This document shows positions 10,395-20,935 of a DNA stretch of 64,000 bases, piece by piece. The notes under the pieces are model-generated. The model did no database searches, had not been told where the DNA came from, and saw only the letters and a program-made list of their open reading frames with translations. The DNA is from Ferruginibacter sp. (GTDB lineage: Bacteria; Bacteroidota; Bacteroidia; Chitinophagales; Chitinophagaceae). The stretch's first letter is position 1; each line of letters begins with the position of its first letter. The stretch covers positions 14,699-78,698 of the forward strand of contig JANXXM010000036.1 of assembly GCA_025350645.1 (NCBI GenBank), read 5' to 3'. The translations under genes and the position numbers were made by a program.

Positions 10395-11963
10395 TTGGGA
10401 AAACTTGCGGAAATTAAGTATTTAAATAAAAGAAATAACTTGGCAAATATTAATTTGGAAAGTGGGAGCTCTAAGATGATAATTATTTTACTCTCCCGTA
10501 TTTGGGGAGCAGTTTTGTCTATCTTATTAGTACCAATATATGTAAAATTATTAGGTATAGAAAGCTATGGGCTTGTGGCTTTTTATGCAACACTATCAGG
10601 AGCTCTGGCTATTTTAGATGTAGGTTTAAGTGCATCTATAATAAGACAGGTAGCTATTTATAAAACACAAACTAATAATGAAAAAGAGTTAAAAAATTTA
10701 ATTTTTACTGTAGAAGTAATAAATTGGTTAATAGCTGTTGTACTTGGCATAAGTATAGTTTTATTGGCAAACCCAATAGCTGTAAATTGGGTAAAAGCAA
10801 ACCAAATAGATTCACAAACAATACAACAATCTATAATACTAATGGGTGTGGTTTTTGCTTTTCAATTTCCTGTTAGCGTTTATGATGGAGCACTTGTAGG
10901 ATTACAACAACAAAATGCTAATGCAATTTTAAATTTAATTTTTACAACAGTTAAAGCAGTTGGCGTACTTATTCTATTATATTTTTTAAAACCAACTATT
11001 GAATTGTATTTTATTTGGCAGGTAGTTATAACTATACTTTATACATTCGCTATGAGGGCTTTTGTTTATAAAAAAGTAAATGCCCCTCATATAAAATCAA
11101 TATTTTCAATAACTGAATTAAAAGTAATTTGGCGCTTTGCAGCAGGTATTGCTGCAACTTCAATTGTTATATTTTTTATTACACAAGTAGATAAAATTAT
11201 AGTAAGCAGAAACCTGGAGCAATTAAGTTATTACAGTTTAGCTTTTTTATTGGCTAGTGGTATTACAGCTATCATATCTCCTTTACAAACTATAATATAT
11301 CCAAAACTTACACAGTTTGTTACCACACAAAATGATAAAGCACTAATCGAATTATACCACAAGTCTTGTAAGTGGATTTCTATTATTGTTTTCCCCATAG
11401 GTTTTACGTTAATAATTTTTGCAAAAGACATTTTATTGTTATGGACAAAAAATGAATTATTGACAACTAATACTGCACCAATATTGCAAATAGTTGTGGC
11501 GGGCACAATTTGTAATTGTTTAATGATAGTTCCTTATTATTTAACGCTAGCAAAAGGAAATCCTAAATATGGTTTATATCAAAATATTATTGCTGCAATT
11601 ATTTTAGTTCCCTTATTATTAGTATGGTATAAAAAATATGGAGCTTTGGGAGCAAGTTTTGTATGGTTGGTTGTAAATGCATCCTGTCTGTTAATTTCTT
11701 TACCTATTCTTACAAAATTGTATATCAAAAATCAGTATTTACATTGGTTAAAAAATGATATAATTCAACCTTTAGTTTTTGCGATAATAATTATTTTTTT
11801 AGCAAAATTTATTCAAACAAAATTTATTCATGATTTAAACTTTCTCTTGTTTATATTACTAATAACAATTTCTTATTTAGTTTATGTTTTATCAATACCC
11901 GAAACAAGAGCGTTTTTTTACAAAAATGTAGCATTTGTCAGACAAAATATAAAAAAATATTAA
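10395..11963 (+). CDS. wzx: Wzx-type polysaccharide flippase
   Basis: Multi-TM MATE/PST-like protein with LGIESYGL, LDVGL, QVDKII and YSLA motifs; first gene of the glycan locus. Start uncertain (TTG 10395 or ATG 10476). Confidence 0.85.
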   Translation: MGKLAEIKYLNKRNNLANINLESGSSKMIIILLSRIWGAVLSILLVPIYVKLLGIESYGLVAFYATLSGALAILDVGLSASIIRQVAIYKTQTNNEKELKNLIFTVEVINWLIAVVLGISIVLLANPIAVNWVKANQIDSQTIQQSIILMGVVFAFQFPVSVYDGALVGLQQQNANAILNLIFTTVKAVGVLILLYFLKPTIELYFIWQVVITILYTFAMRAFVYKKVNAPHIKSIFSITELKVIWRFAAGIAATSIVIFFITQVDKIIVSRNLEQLSYYSLAFLLASGITAIISPLQTIIYPKLTQFVTTQNDKALIELYHKSCKWISIIVFPIGFTLIIFAKDILLLWTKNELLTTNTAPILQIVVAGTICNCLMIVPYYLTLAKGNPKYGLYQNIIAAIILVPLLLVWYKKYGALGASFVWLVVNASCLLISLPILTKLYIKNQYLHWLKNDIIQPLVFAIIIIFLAKFIQTKFIHDLNFLLFILLITISYLVYVLSIPETRAFFYKNVAFVRQNIKKY

Positions 11964-12048
11964 ATTATTAAAATTCATTTTGAACAATACTTAGAGAAAA
12001 ATTTTAAGGTATTTTAAAATCTAATTTTTTGTTCAGTAAATTTAAAAA

Positions 12049-12651
12049 ATGCTTAAACTTTTTAAAGGCTTTTGCTATCTTATTTATAAAATTGCGAAAA
12101 AATATGCTCTAGATAAACACATTGAATCTTGTAAAAGAAATGCAGAAATTCATGATGGAACGATATTAAGTCAAACTTCAAGAATTTTAAATAATCGTAA
12201 AAAAGAAAATATTTCAATTGGCGATAAGACAATTTTAAATGGGCAATTAGTTACTTTTAAACATGGTGGTGAAATAACTATAGGTGATTATTGTTTTATT
12301 GGAGAAAATTCTAGAATATGGTCTGCGAAGAAAATAACGATTGGTAATAGAGTTTTAATAGCTCATAATGTAAATATTCATGATCAAATTTCTCATCCAC
12401 TTGATTCAGTAGAAAGACATAAAGATCAAATGCATATTTTAGAAAAGGGGTTTCAAAATCCTCATTTCATACATGAGAAAGAAATTATCATTGAGGATGA
12501 TGTTTGGATAGGTTTTAATGCAACTATTCTTAAAGGTGTTAAAATAGGTAAAGGGGCAATTATTGGCGCTTGTACAATTGTAACAGAAAATGTACCTGAG
12601 TTTGCAGTTGTAGTAGGTAACCCTGCAAAAATCATAAAATATACTACTTAA
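12049..12651 (+). CDS. Sugar O-acetyltransferase (left-handed beta-helix, hexapeptide repeats)
   Basis: [49 protein letters not shown]. Confidence 0.9.
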   Translation: MLKLFKGFCYLIYKIAKKYALDKHIESCKRNAEIHDGTILSQTSRILNNRKKENISIGDKTILNGQLVTFKHGGEITIGDYCFIGENSRIWSAKKITIGNRVLIAHNVNIHDQISHPLDSVERHKDQMHILEKGFQNPHFIHEKEIIIEDDVWIGFNATILKGVKIGKGAIIGACTIVTENVPEFAVVVGNPAKIIKYTT

Positions 12652-12699
12652 TTTTTTTTGCAAAAAGCCAATTAGCTAAAATAAATCAAATAAAAATAA

Positions 12700-13626
12700 A
12701 TGGAAATAATTACAATTTGCCCTGTATGTAAAGAAAAAGATCTGAAGTTTTTATTTAATGCAAAAGATAGACATTACAACAATAAAGGAGATTATAGCCT
12801 TAACAAATGTATAAATTGTGGTGTTGTTTTTTTGAATCCAATGTATGATGATACAGAGTTAATGCATTTTTACCCTCAATCAGAATATTATGCTTATCAT
12901 ACTGATTTTGAAAACTTAGTTAATGAACCTAACACTTTAAAAAGCAAATTAAAAAAGATATTTAAAACCTCTAAGGAATATAAAGAATTATATAGCAATC
13001 CTGGAAATGTATTAGACATTGGTTGTGGTAATGGCTTTTATATAAATAAACTTAAAAATAAAGGATGGAAAGTTAAGGGTGTAGAACCAAGTAAAGTAGC
13101 CTCAGAAATCGGCAATTCAATTGGACTTAATATCTTTAATGGTAGTTTAATTGATGCTAAATATCAAGATAATGAATTTGATTTGATTTACTCGCACCAC
13201 TCTTTTGAGCACATATATAATCCTAATGAGACATTAGTAGAAATAAATAGAGTTCTTAAAAAAGATGGTAAATTATTTATTGGAATACCAAATTTTGGTG
13301 GAATGAATGCAAAAGTCTGGGGACGTTACTGGTATTATTTGGGTGCTCCAGTTCACACATTTAATTACTCCCCTAAAAATATAACTTTGCTATTAGAAAA
13401 AAATAAATTCAAAGTAGAAAAAATAAACTATGTAGGAAGTGATACAGGAATTGCAGGTTCAATAAGTATTTTTTTAAATAGAAAAAATGGAAAGATGTCT
13501 GATGAAGGAAATAGTTTTTTGAAACATAAATTTTTCTTTTATTTCTTTAGTATAACAGGTCGAATTCAGAATTTTTTTAAAATGGGTGATTGCATGGAAA
13601 TAATAGCCGTAAAGAATATTTCTTAA
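12700..13626 (+). CDS. Class I SAM-dependent methyltransferase with N-terminal Zn-ribbon
   Basis: CPVC...C.NCG, VLDIGCGNG, GVEPS, HSFEHI.NP, P.HT..Y motifs. Confidence 0.88.
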   Translation: MEIITICPVCKEKDLKFLFNAKDRHYNNKGDYSLNKCINCGVVFLNPMYDDTELMHFYPQSEYYAYHTDFENLVNEPNTLKSKLKKIFKTSKEYKELYSNPGNVLDIGCGNGFYINKLKNKGWKVKGVEPSKVASEIGNSIGLNIFNGSLIDAKYQDNEFDLIYSHHSFEHIYNPNETLVEINRVLKKDGKLFIGIPNFGGMNAKVWGRYWYYLGAPVHTFNYSPKNITLLLEKNKFKVEKINYVGSDTGIAGSISIFLNRKNGKMSDEGNSFLKHKFFFYFFSITGRIQNFFKMGDCMEIIAVKNIS

Positions 13627-13715
13627 TTAGTAATTAAAAGTTGAAATGGCATTTCAATTTTTTTCAATTTTAATAAATTACTTAAACCAAATTCAAACGA
13701 ATATCTTTCTACAAA

Positions 13716-14852
13716 ATGAAAATTTTAATCACAGGAGGTGCAGGTTTTATAGGTTCAAACTTAGCATTAGCATTAATCAAAAAAAATCATAGCATAGTTG
13801 TTTTAGATAATTTATCGAAACAAATTCATGGAACTAATGCTTTGGAAACATCGCCGCTGTACAACAGTATTAAAGATAAAGTTACATTTATAAAGGGGGA
13901 TGTTACAGAAAAACAAGATTTGCAAAAAGCTTTAATTGATGTTGATTTAGTTGTTCATTATGCAGCAGAAACGGGTACTGGTCAATCCATGTACGAAATT
14001 GAAAGATACAGCAACGTTAATGTAGGAGGGACAGCCATATTATTAGATTTATTGGCAAACGATAAAACTTTACAAGTAAAAAAGGTTATTGTAGCATCTT
14101 CCCGATCTATCTATGGCGAAGGAAAATATTTCTCTAAAGAACTTGGTGCTGTTTATCCTGAACACAGAGATGATGAATCTATGCGCAATGGCAGATTTGA
14201 GGTATTTTATGATAATGAGGATACAGCTTTGCAATTAATGGCAACAGATGAAGAATCAAAAATTCATCCCTCATCTATTTATGGAATAACGAAACAAAAC
14301 CAAGAACAAATGGTTTTGTGTGTATGCAAAACTATTGGTATAAAAGCAATTGCATTTCGTTATCAAAATGTTTATGGGCCAGGGCAATCATTAACTAACC
14401 CGTACACAGGTATTTTGTCTATTTTCTCATCGCTAATTTTAAATAATAAGCCTATTAATATTTTTGAAGATGGAAAAGAAAGTAGAGATTTTGTTTTTAT
14501 AGATGATGTTGTAAAAGCAACAATTTTAGGCATAGAAAATGATTCAATAAATAATGATGTTTTTAATGTGGGCTCAGGAGTGGCTACAGACGTACTTACT
14601 GTTGCAAAAACATTGGTGATGCAATACAATAAAAATGTACCTATAACCATAACGGGTAATTATCGCTTAGGAGATATAAGACATAATTATGCAGACCTTG
14701 TTAAAATAAATAAAGCTTTAAACTTCATACCTCTAATACCTTTTGAAGAAGGTATTACAAAATTTGCGAAATGGGTTGTCACCCAAAATATAGAAGAAAG
14801 CAAATATGATGAGAGCATTGAAGAAATGAAAAAGAAGGGATTATTTAAATAA
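13716..14852 (+). CDS. NAD-dependent epimerase/dehydratase, WbiB-like (dTDP-L-rhamnose 4-epimerase type)
   Basis: GGAGFIG, AAETGTGQSMYEI, YGITK (YxxxK), FEDG.ESRDFV, GDIRHN; the TGQSMYEI signature is recalled from the WbiB-like subfamily. Confidence 0.75.
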   Translation: MKILITGGAGFIGSNLALALIKKNHSIVVLDNLSKQIHGTNALETSPLYNSIKDKVTFIKGDVTEKQDLQKALIDVDLVVHYAAETGTGQSMYEIERYSNVNVGGTAILLDLLANDKTLQVKKVIVASSRSIYGEGKYFSKELGAVYPEHRDDESMRNGRFEVFYDNEDTALQLMATDEESKIHPSSIYGITKQNQEQMVLCVCKTIGIKAIAFRYQNVYGPGQSLTNPYTGILSIFSSLILNNKPINIFEDGKESRDFVFIDDVVKATILGIENDSINNDVFNVGSGVATDVLTVAKTLVMQYNKNVPITITGNYRLGDIRHNYADLVKINKALNFIPLIPFEEGITKFAKWVVTQNIEESKYDESIEEMKKKGLFK

Positions 14853-14857
14853 AATTT

Positions 14858-15874
14858 ATGCAACAAAAAAAAGTGCTAATTGTCGGATTAATTTTTCATG
14901 GTTACAATGAAAGTATTGAACAAGCATTTAAAAATTTGAATTACAAAACAAAAGTAATAGGGTTTACTGATGGCGCAGTTGAAAATTTAAAAGAAAAATT
15001 TCAGTTTTATTTATCCAAAACAAATAAATTTTATGAATATAAAAATAAACAGTTTAATACATTATTAGAAAAAACTTATACTGAATTTGAACCTGACATA
15101 CTTTTTATAATTAAAGGTCATCAAATAGACCCTGCTGTAATAAGCAAAATGAAAAGCAGTTTTAATATACTATGGATGATGGATTCGATTCACACTAATC
15201 CTGGCTCCATAAACATACTACCCTATATTAATAAAGTTTTTTTGTTTGAACCTACAGATATACCCTTGCTCAAAGAAAAATACACCGTTGATGGGGTATT
15301 CATGCCCTTAGCCTTAGATGAAAAAGTTTATTTTCCTATCGCTAATAAAAAGGTTATTGATATATTATTTGTTGGAGGTTTAGTGCCTGATAGAATTAGA
15401 TTACTAAATAAAATCATTAAAAATTTTCCTGATAAAAAAATATTAATATTCGGAAAGTACTATTCAAAATTTCGAAGTCCGATTCATCATTTATTCAGAA
15501 AAAATAAAAAAAATTATACCAATAAAGTTGTTTTACCATCGAAACTAAATGAATTATACAGCATATCTAAACTTTGTATTAATATACACCAAAAACAATC
15601 TGTAATAGGTGTTAATCAAAGATTTTTTGAAATATTAGGTTCCAGAAATTTACAAATTTGTGATCATAAAAACTTTATTAGTCAAAATTTTTTAAAAGAT
15701 GACTTACTCTGGTATAATAATGAACAAGAACTTTTTGATATTATTACTATGGCATTAGAAAAGTATGATGAACTAGAAAATATAATAAATAATGGTTATG
15801 AAAAAGTATTATCAAAACATACTTTTACCCATAGGATAAATGAAATTTTAGAATTAAGCCAGCTCCCACAATAA
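14858..15874 (+). CDS. CgeB-family glycosyltransferase
   Basis: W.MDS, FMPLALD..VY, ILFVG, CINIH...NQRFFEI.G, HTF.HR C-terminal motif. Confidence 0.8.
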   Translation: MQQKKVLIVGLIFHGYNESIEQAFKNLNYKTKVIGFTDGAVENLKEKFQFYLSKTNKFYEYKNKQFNTLLEKTYTEFEPDILFIIKGHQIDPAVISKMKSSFNILWMMDSIHTNPGSINILPYINKVFLFEPTDIPLLKEKYTVDGVFMPLALDEKVYFPIANKKVIDILFVGGLVPDRIRLLNKIIKNFPDKKILIFGKYYSKFRSPIHHLFRKNKKNYTNKVVLPSKLNELYSISKLCINIHQKQSVIGVNQRFFEILGSRNLQICDHKNFISQNFLKDDLLWYNNEQELFDIITMALEKYDELENIINNGYEKVLSKHTFTHRINEILELSQLPQ

Positions 15875-16002
15875 AATCAAAATTTTCAATTTTAATAAAA
15901 AAGCTTATTAATTTTTAGCTGACAAAAAAAATAACTATGACTATTAAAAAATTACAATACATAATTTTTAAAAAAGATTAATTCCAGAAATCAATATTTT
16001 TT

Positions 16003-17070
16003 TTGAAAAAAATCCTTCACATAATAAATGCAATGATCCCTGGGGGCGCAGAGGTTTTGCTTGCAAATTCATTGGCTCCCGGTGGATTGAACGAGTTCGC
16101 AGAAAACCATCTCGCATTTTTTATGGGACCATCTTACCTGCTGGATAGAGTGGATAAAAATGTAACCATTCATCATTTAAACTATAAAGGTGTTTCCGAT
16201 ATTTTGAGGCTTGTAAAACGAATAAATAAAATTATTATAGCTCATAAAATAGATATTGTACACAGCCATTTAAACCCTGCCGGGTTATACACTTACCTTG
16301 CTACCCCTAAAGCTGTAAAGCATATTCATACTTTGCATACCACGTATTCTATGGATAAAGAAACATCAAGGGCTAGGCTTTGGGCAGAAAAATACCTGTT
16401 TCTTTTAAAAAAAGATGCAAACGTTATCCTGTTATCCGATTTTATAAAGGCAGATTTTTTAAAGGCCATACCTTTTAAAGGAAAATCTTTTGTACTTAAT
16501 AATTTTATACCAGATGAGTTTTTTAATATAAAGACCCAGGATTATAATCCGCAAAAAAAAGAGCTCCGTCTTATTGCGCTAGGCACTTTAAAACCTTTAA
16601 AAAACTTTGAGTATCTCATAGAAGTTTTTAAGCATTTAAAAAATGAAAACATTAGCCTGGATATTTATGGCGAAGGCGATAAACTGCCCTATGAGCAAAG
16701 CATAAAAAAACTCGGCGTAAAAGTCCGCATGATGGGGCATGTAAAAAACATAACGGAGATTATTGGTGCTTATGATCTTTTTATTATGCCATCAAAATTT
16801 GAGGGTTTTCCCTTATCTGTTTTCGAAGCCATGGCTGCGGGCTTGCCGGTAATGCTTTCCGATATATTACCCCTTAGAAGTATTGTAAAAGAACATGCTG
16901 TTTATTTTAAGTTGGACGATGAAAAGGCTGCAGCTTTAAAACTGAAAGATATTTATTATGGTAAAACAGCCATTAATGATCAAAGCAGTAAAGCCAAGCA
17001 GTATGCCCTTACCACAGCTACAAAAGAAAAATATATAAAGGAACTTCTCAACATTTACGATAGCATTTGA
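16003..17070 (+). CDS. Glycosyltransferase family 4
   Basis: GGAE, IVHSH, G.LKPLKN, PSKFEGFPLSVFEAMAAG; TTG start. Confidence 0.9.
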   Translation: MKKILHIINAMIPGGAEVLLANSLAPGGLNEFAENHLAFFMGPSYLLDRVDKNVTIHHLNYKGVSDILRLVKRINKIIIAHKIDIVHSHLNPAGLYTYLATPKAVKHIHTLHTTYSMDKETSRARLWAEKYLFLLKKDANVILLSDFIKADFLKAIPFKGKSFVLNNFIPDEFFNIKTQDYNPQKKELRLIALGTLKPLKNFEYLIEVFKHLKNENISLDIYGEGDKLPYEQSIKKLGVKVRMMGHVKNITEIIGAYDLFIMPSKFEGFPLSVFEAMAAGLPVMLSDILPLRSIVKEHAVYFKLDDEKAAALKLKDIYYGKTAINDQSSKAKQYALTTATKEKYIKELLNIYDSI

Positions 17071-17130
17071 TAAAATGAGCTTCACAAAAAAATTTGAACT
17101 TCACCCTTTTATAAAAATATTTTCACTGCA

Positions 17131-18225
17131 ATGAAAATGCTCCACATACTCTACTCCGGCCTTGGTGGCCATGGCAATGTTTTTTTTAGCATGGTAAAAG
17201 CAGATGTAGAAAAAGCTTATGAATATGAAGCTCTTTTTTGCGGTATAGAAGATTTGAGGGAGGAATATGCCCTTCGCTGTACAAATGAAAAAATAGTATA
17301 TCACTTCATAAAAAAAGTAGCAGGTAAACATGCCGGCTTTTATTATAAAATTTTTAAGCAGATTAAACAATCTAATGCCGAAATAATTTTTTTACACGGG
17401 TCTGTACAACTACCCGCAGCATGGCTGGCAAAAATATTATTGCTAAAAAACAGAAAGCTTATAGTGAGAGAAACACAGGCCATTCATTTAAAAACAACAT
17501 TGGAAAAAATGGCCCTCAAAGTTGCCATGAAACTTGCAGATAAAATTGTTTTTTTAAGCGATGCGTATAAAGAACAGGTGCGCATAGATTTCGGAAAAAA
17601 TTACAGGCCAAAAAAATGCGTGGTTATCCCTAACGGAATTGATCTTAAAAAGTTTTCTCCGGCTGCAAACAGCCCTACCGCACAAATTAATATTGGCATG
17701 CAAAGCAGGATAGTGGCTATAAAAGATCATACCACATTACTTGCTGCCTTTAAACTTTTAAAAGCCAGACTGCCTCAGCTTGTTTTAAAATTATATATTG
17801 CCGGCGATGGAGAAAAAAAGAAAAGCCTGGAAGAAGAAACAAAAAAGCTAGAACTGGAAAACGATGTTATTTTTGAAGGAATGCTTAATGAAAATGAACT
17901 GGTATGTTTTCTGCAAAAATTAGATATTTATGTGCATGCCTCTTTTGGCGAAACAATGAGCACCGCTATAATGCAGGCGATGGCATGTGGTAAAGCCATT
18001 GTAGCTTCGGATGTGGATGGTATAAACAACATGATAACAAACCACAAAAACGGGTTACTGGTACCCATACAACAGGTAAATGAAATGGCCAGCGCACTAG
18101 ATCAAATTATTTTACAGCCTGCGCTTAAACTTCAGTTGGAAAATGAATCCCTGAAAACTGCTACAGAAAAATTTAGCGATAGAAAAATGTTCTTAAGCTA
18201 TAAAGCAATATTCGATAAATTGTAA
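17131..18225 (+). CDS. Glycosyltransferase family 4
   Basis: VIPNGID, SRIVAIKDH..LL, GDG, ETMSTAIMQAMACG. Confidence 0.9.
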   Translation: MKMLHILYSGLGGHGNVFFSMVKADVEKAYEYEALFCGIEDLREEYALRCTNEKIVYHFIKKVAGKHAGFYYKIFKQIKQSNAEIIFLHGSVQLPAAWLAKILLLKNRKLIVRETQAIHLKTTLEKMALKVAMKLADKIVFLSDAYKEQVRIDFGKNYRPKKCVVIPNGIDLKKFSPAANSPTAQINIGMQSRIVAIKDHTTLLAAFKLLKARLPQLVLKLYIAGDGEKKKSLEEETKKLELENDVIFEGMLNENELVCFLQKLDIYVHASFGETMSTAIMQAMACGKAIVASDVDGINNMITNHKNGLLVPIQQVNEMASALDQIILQPALKLQLENESLKTATEKFSDRKMFLSYKAIFDKL

Positions 18226-18226
18226 A

Positions 18227-19801
18227 ATGAAAAACATTTTCCCGCTTTTACTTATATTTATTTACCCGGCAACGGGCAAAGCACAGCAAAAAAAAGTATA
18301 CGACCTCGTAAAGGATTTTGGGGCAAAGGCCGATGGTAAAACGGACTGTTACTTTGCATTTAAACAATGCGCCAAAGCTTTATCTGATGCGGGTGGCGGC
18401 ACACTTAATATCCCCAAAGGAATGTACTATATTGGGCAATACAAAATAGCTAATGGCCCGCAAAAAAATAATGTTACAGACATTGTATTTAAAAATTGCA
18501 CAAAACTGATCATAAAAGCAAATGGCAGTACCATACTTCTAAATGGAAATTTTATAAGAACAAATGATTACAGTATTCCCAACGAAACCTATCGTTATTC
18601 TTATAAAACCACAGTGGCGCCATTTATGTTTAAAAACTGCAGTAATGTACTTTTGGAAAATGTAAGTATAGATGGCGGTGTGCGAAGTATGAAAAAAGAT
18701 GCAGTAGCAGAAGGCGAATGCTCCGGTGTAATAGTAGATGATGCCGATGATGAAAAATACAGCAGCAGTAATATCAACATCACAAACGTAACCTCATCTT
18801 ATTTTGCAACAGATGGATTTATTATACGGTCGTCCGGTAAAAATATTAATATTATTAACTGTACCGCAAAGTACAACGGCCGGCAGGGATTGAGTATCGT
18901 AAAAGGAAAAAGTATACTGGTAAACAATTGTGTTTTTGATTCTACTGGTTTTACGGGTGCTTATGGATGGCACGCACCCGGTGCCGGAGTAGATGTTGAA
19001 AACGAATTTGGAAAGGGTAATCTGCAGGATGTGGTAATAAAAAACTGCCAAATGCGCAGCAACAAAGGGTTTCAGATCGTAACAACTATATCATCAGAAA
19101 ACGTAAAAATAGATTCCTGTTTTATAGCAGATCTTACTTATGGCTTTGGCGAAGGTTTAAATGGTGTGGGAATGTATAGCTTAAATTCTACCCTATGCAA
19201 CAGCATCATTTTTGCAACAATACAGGTAGATTTAGCAGATCAGCAATACAAAGGAGAGCTGGTACAAACGTTTAAAAATAATATTATTTATTCTGGCAAC
19301 AGGGCAATGGTGAGTTCGGATTTTGCACGCCCCTGTACAATTTCCGATAATATTATTATCATGTTGCCAAAAGCAATTGTGGGTGAATATTTCCCATACA
19401 TTCAAAATTACAATTGTATTTTTAATAACAATATTATCATGATGCATGCCGGTAAAATGGCTATAGTTTCCGGGCAGGTAAGTTCTCTTGTGCAGTATGT
19501 AAAGGAAGCGAAAAACAACGTGTGGTTAATGAACGGTTATGAAAAAGAAAAAAAATTAAAAAGCAGTTATTTTTACACCACTGCCTTCAATGGCACCCGT
19601 AGTTTTGGAAACCAGTACTTTCCGGATAATGCCATAATAAAGAGTGCTAAAATTGCTGCTTTTAAAATTTTGCCCGATAGCAAAGTGGCTGCTGTAACTG
19701 CTTACCCGCTTTTTACTGCTTATACTCAAAGCAGGTATAATAAGCTTTATCTTAAACAGGCCTCAGCTATAAGGAATATGCTGGCCTCTTCCTTAAAGTA
19801 A
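18227..19801 (+). CDS. Secreted right-handed parallel beta-helix protein (pectate lyase 3-like N-terminus)
   Basis: Signal peptide; VKDFGAKADGKTD, GGGTLNIPKG.Y; repeated beta-helix turns; N.RQGLSI and PGAGVDVE. Confidence 0.75.
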   Translation: MKNIFPLLLIFIYPATGKAQQKKVYDLVKDFGAKADGKTDCYFAFKQCAKALSDAGGGTLNIPKGMYYIGQYKIANGPQKNNVTDIVFKNCTKLIIKANGSTILLNGNFIRTNDYSIPNETYRYSYKTTVAPFMFKNCSNVLLENVSIDGGVRSMKKDAVAEGECSGVIVDDADDEKYSSSNINITNVTSSYFATDGFIIRSSGKNINIINCTAKYNGRQGLSIVKGKSILVNNCVFDSTGFTGAYGWHAPGAGVDVENEFGKGNLQDVVIKNCQMRSNKGFQIVTTISSENVKIDSCFIADLTYGFGEGLNGVGMYSLNSTLCNSIIFATIQVDLADQQYKGELVQTFKNNIIYSGNRAMVSSDFARPCTISDNIIIMLPKAIVGEYFPYIQNYNCIFNNNIIMMHAGKMAIVSGQVSSLVQYVKEAKNNVWLMNGYEKEKKLKSSYFYTTAFNGTRSFGNQYFPDNAIIKSAKIAAFKILPDSKVAAVTAYPLFTAYTQSRYNKLYLKQASAIRNMLASSLK

Positions 19802-19860
19802 CTTACACTAATGCTGTAAAAGAACTGAATTTTTGTTTTACGTACAAATAGTTCTTTGCT

Positions 19861-19868
19861 TACTTTTG
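19861..19868 (+). promoter_or_regulatory. -7 element TACTTTTG for rfbB
   Basis: Exact TAnnTTTG match 16 nt before the ATG. Confidence 0.55.
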
Positions 19869-19884
19869 CCGCATAAATAAAATT

Positions 19885-20931
19885 ATGACAACCCTACTTA
19901 TTACCGGCGGTGCAGGTTTCATAGGTTCTCACCTCACCCGCCTTTTTGTAACAAAATATCCGGAGTACCATATCGTAAACCTGGATGAACTTACTTATGC
20001 AGGCAACCTAGAAAACCTGCAAGACATAGAAAACGCCCCTAACTACACTTTTGTAAAAGGAAATATTATAGATGCCGCATTACTACAGCAGCTTTTTAAT
20101 AAATATGCTTTTACAGCTGTATTACATTGTGCGGCAGAAAGCCATGTAGACAGATCTATTACCGACCCGCTGGCTTTTGTAAAAACCAATGTGCTGGGTA
20201 CAGCTACACTTTTGCAAACAGCAAAGGATAACTGGAAAAATGATTTTACCGGAAAAATTTTCTACCATATTTCTACCGATGAAGTATATGGTTCACTGGG
20301 CGACACCGGTTTTTTCTATGAGAATACAGCATACGATCCACGCAGCCCATACTCTGCATCTAAAGCCTCATCCGATCATTTTGTGCGGGCATTTTACCAT
20401 ACCTATGGGCTTCCGGTAAAAATTTCTAACTGTAGCAATAATTATGGTCCTTTTCATTTTCCAGAGAAATTAATTCCACTTTGTATTCATAATATCATCA
20501 ACAACAAACCGCTGCCTATTTATGGCAAAGGAGAAAACGTGCGGGACTGGCTCTTTGTAGAAGATCATGCCAGAGCAATTGATATTATTTTTCATAAAGG
20601 AAAAACAGGCGAAACCTATAATATTGGCGGCCACAATGAATGGACAAATATTGCATTAGTAAAAGAATTGTGCAAACAAATGGATATAAAACTGAGAAGA
20701 GAACCTGGCGATTCAGCAAAATTAATCACTTATGTTACGGACAGGGCAGGCCATGATCTTAGGTATGCTATAGACGCTACAAAACTCAAAGAAGAACTTG
20801 GGTGGGTACCATCGCTACAGTTTGAAGAAGGAATAGCTAAAACAATAGACTGGTATTTAGAAAACAGTGAATGGCTGAGAGATGTAACTAGCGGTGCCTA
20901 TAAAGAATATTATGAAGGTTTGTATAAGTAA
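19885..20931 (+). CDS. rfbB: dTDP-glucose 4,6-dehydratase
   Basis: GGAGFIGS, AAESHVDRSI, HISTDEVYG, YSASKA, NNYGP, DRAGHDLRYA. Confidence 0.96.
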   Translation: MTTLLITGGAGFIGSHLTRLFVTKYPEYHIVNLDELTYAGNLENLQDIENAPNYTFVKGNIIDAALLQQLFNKYAFTAVLHCAAESHVDRSITDPLAFVKTNVLGTATLLQTAKDNWKNDFTGKIFYHISTDEVYGSLGDTGFFYENTAYDPRSPYSASKASSDHFVRAFYHTYGLPVKISNCSNNYGPFHFPEKLIPLCIHNIINNKPLPIYGKGENVRDWLFVEDHARAIDIIFHKGKTGETYNIGGHNEWTNIALVKELCKQMDIKLRREPGDSAKLITYVTDRAGHDLRYAIDATKLKEELGWVPSLQFEEGIAKTIDWYLENSEWLRDVTSGAYKEYYEGLYK

Positions 20932-20935
20932 TGGT

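Noticed and set aside
10395-10500. Apparent ~14-codon insertion at the wzx N-terminus
   Set aside because: Start codon is uncertain and no alignment is available; could be natural variation
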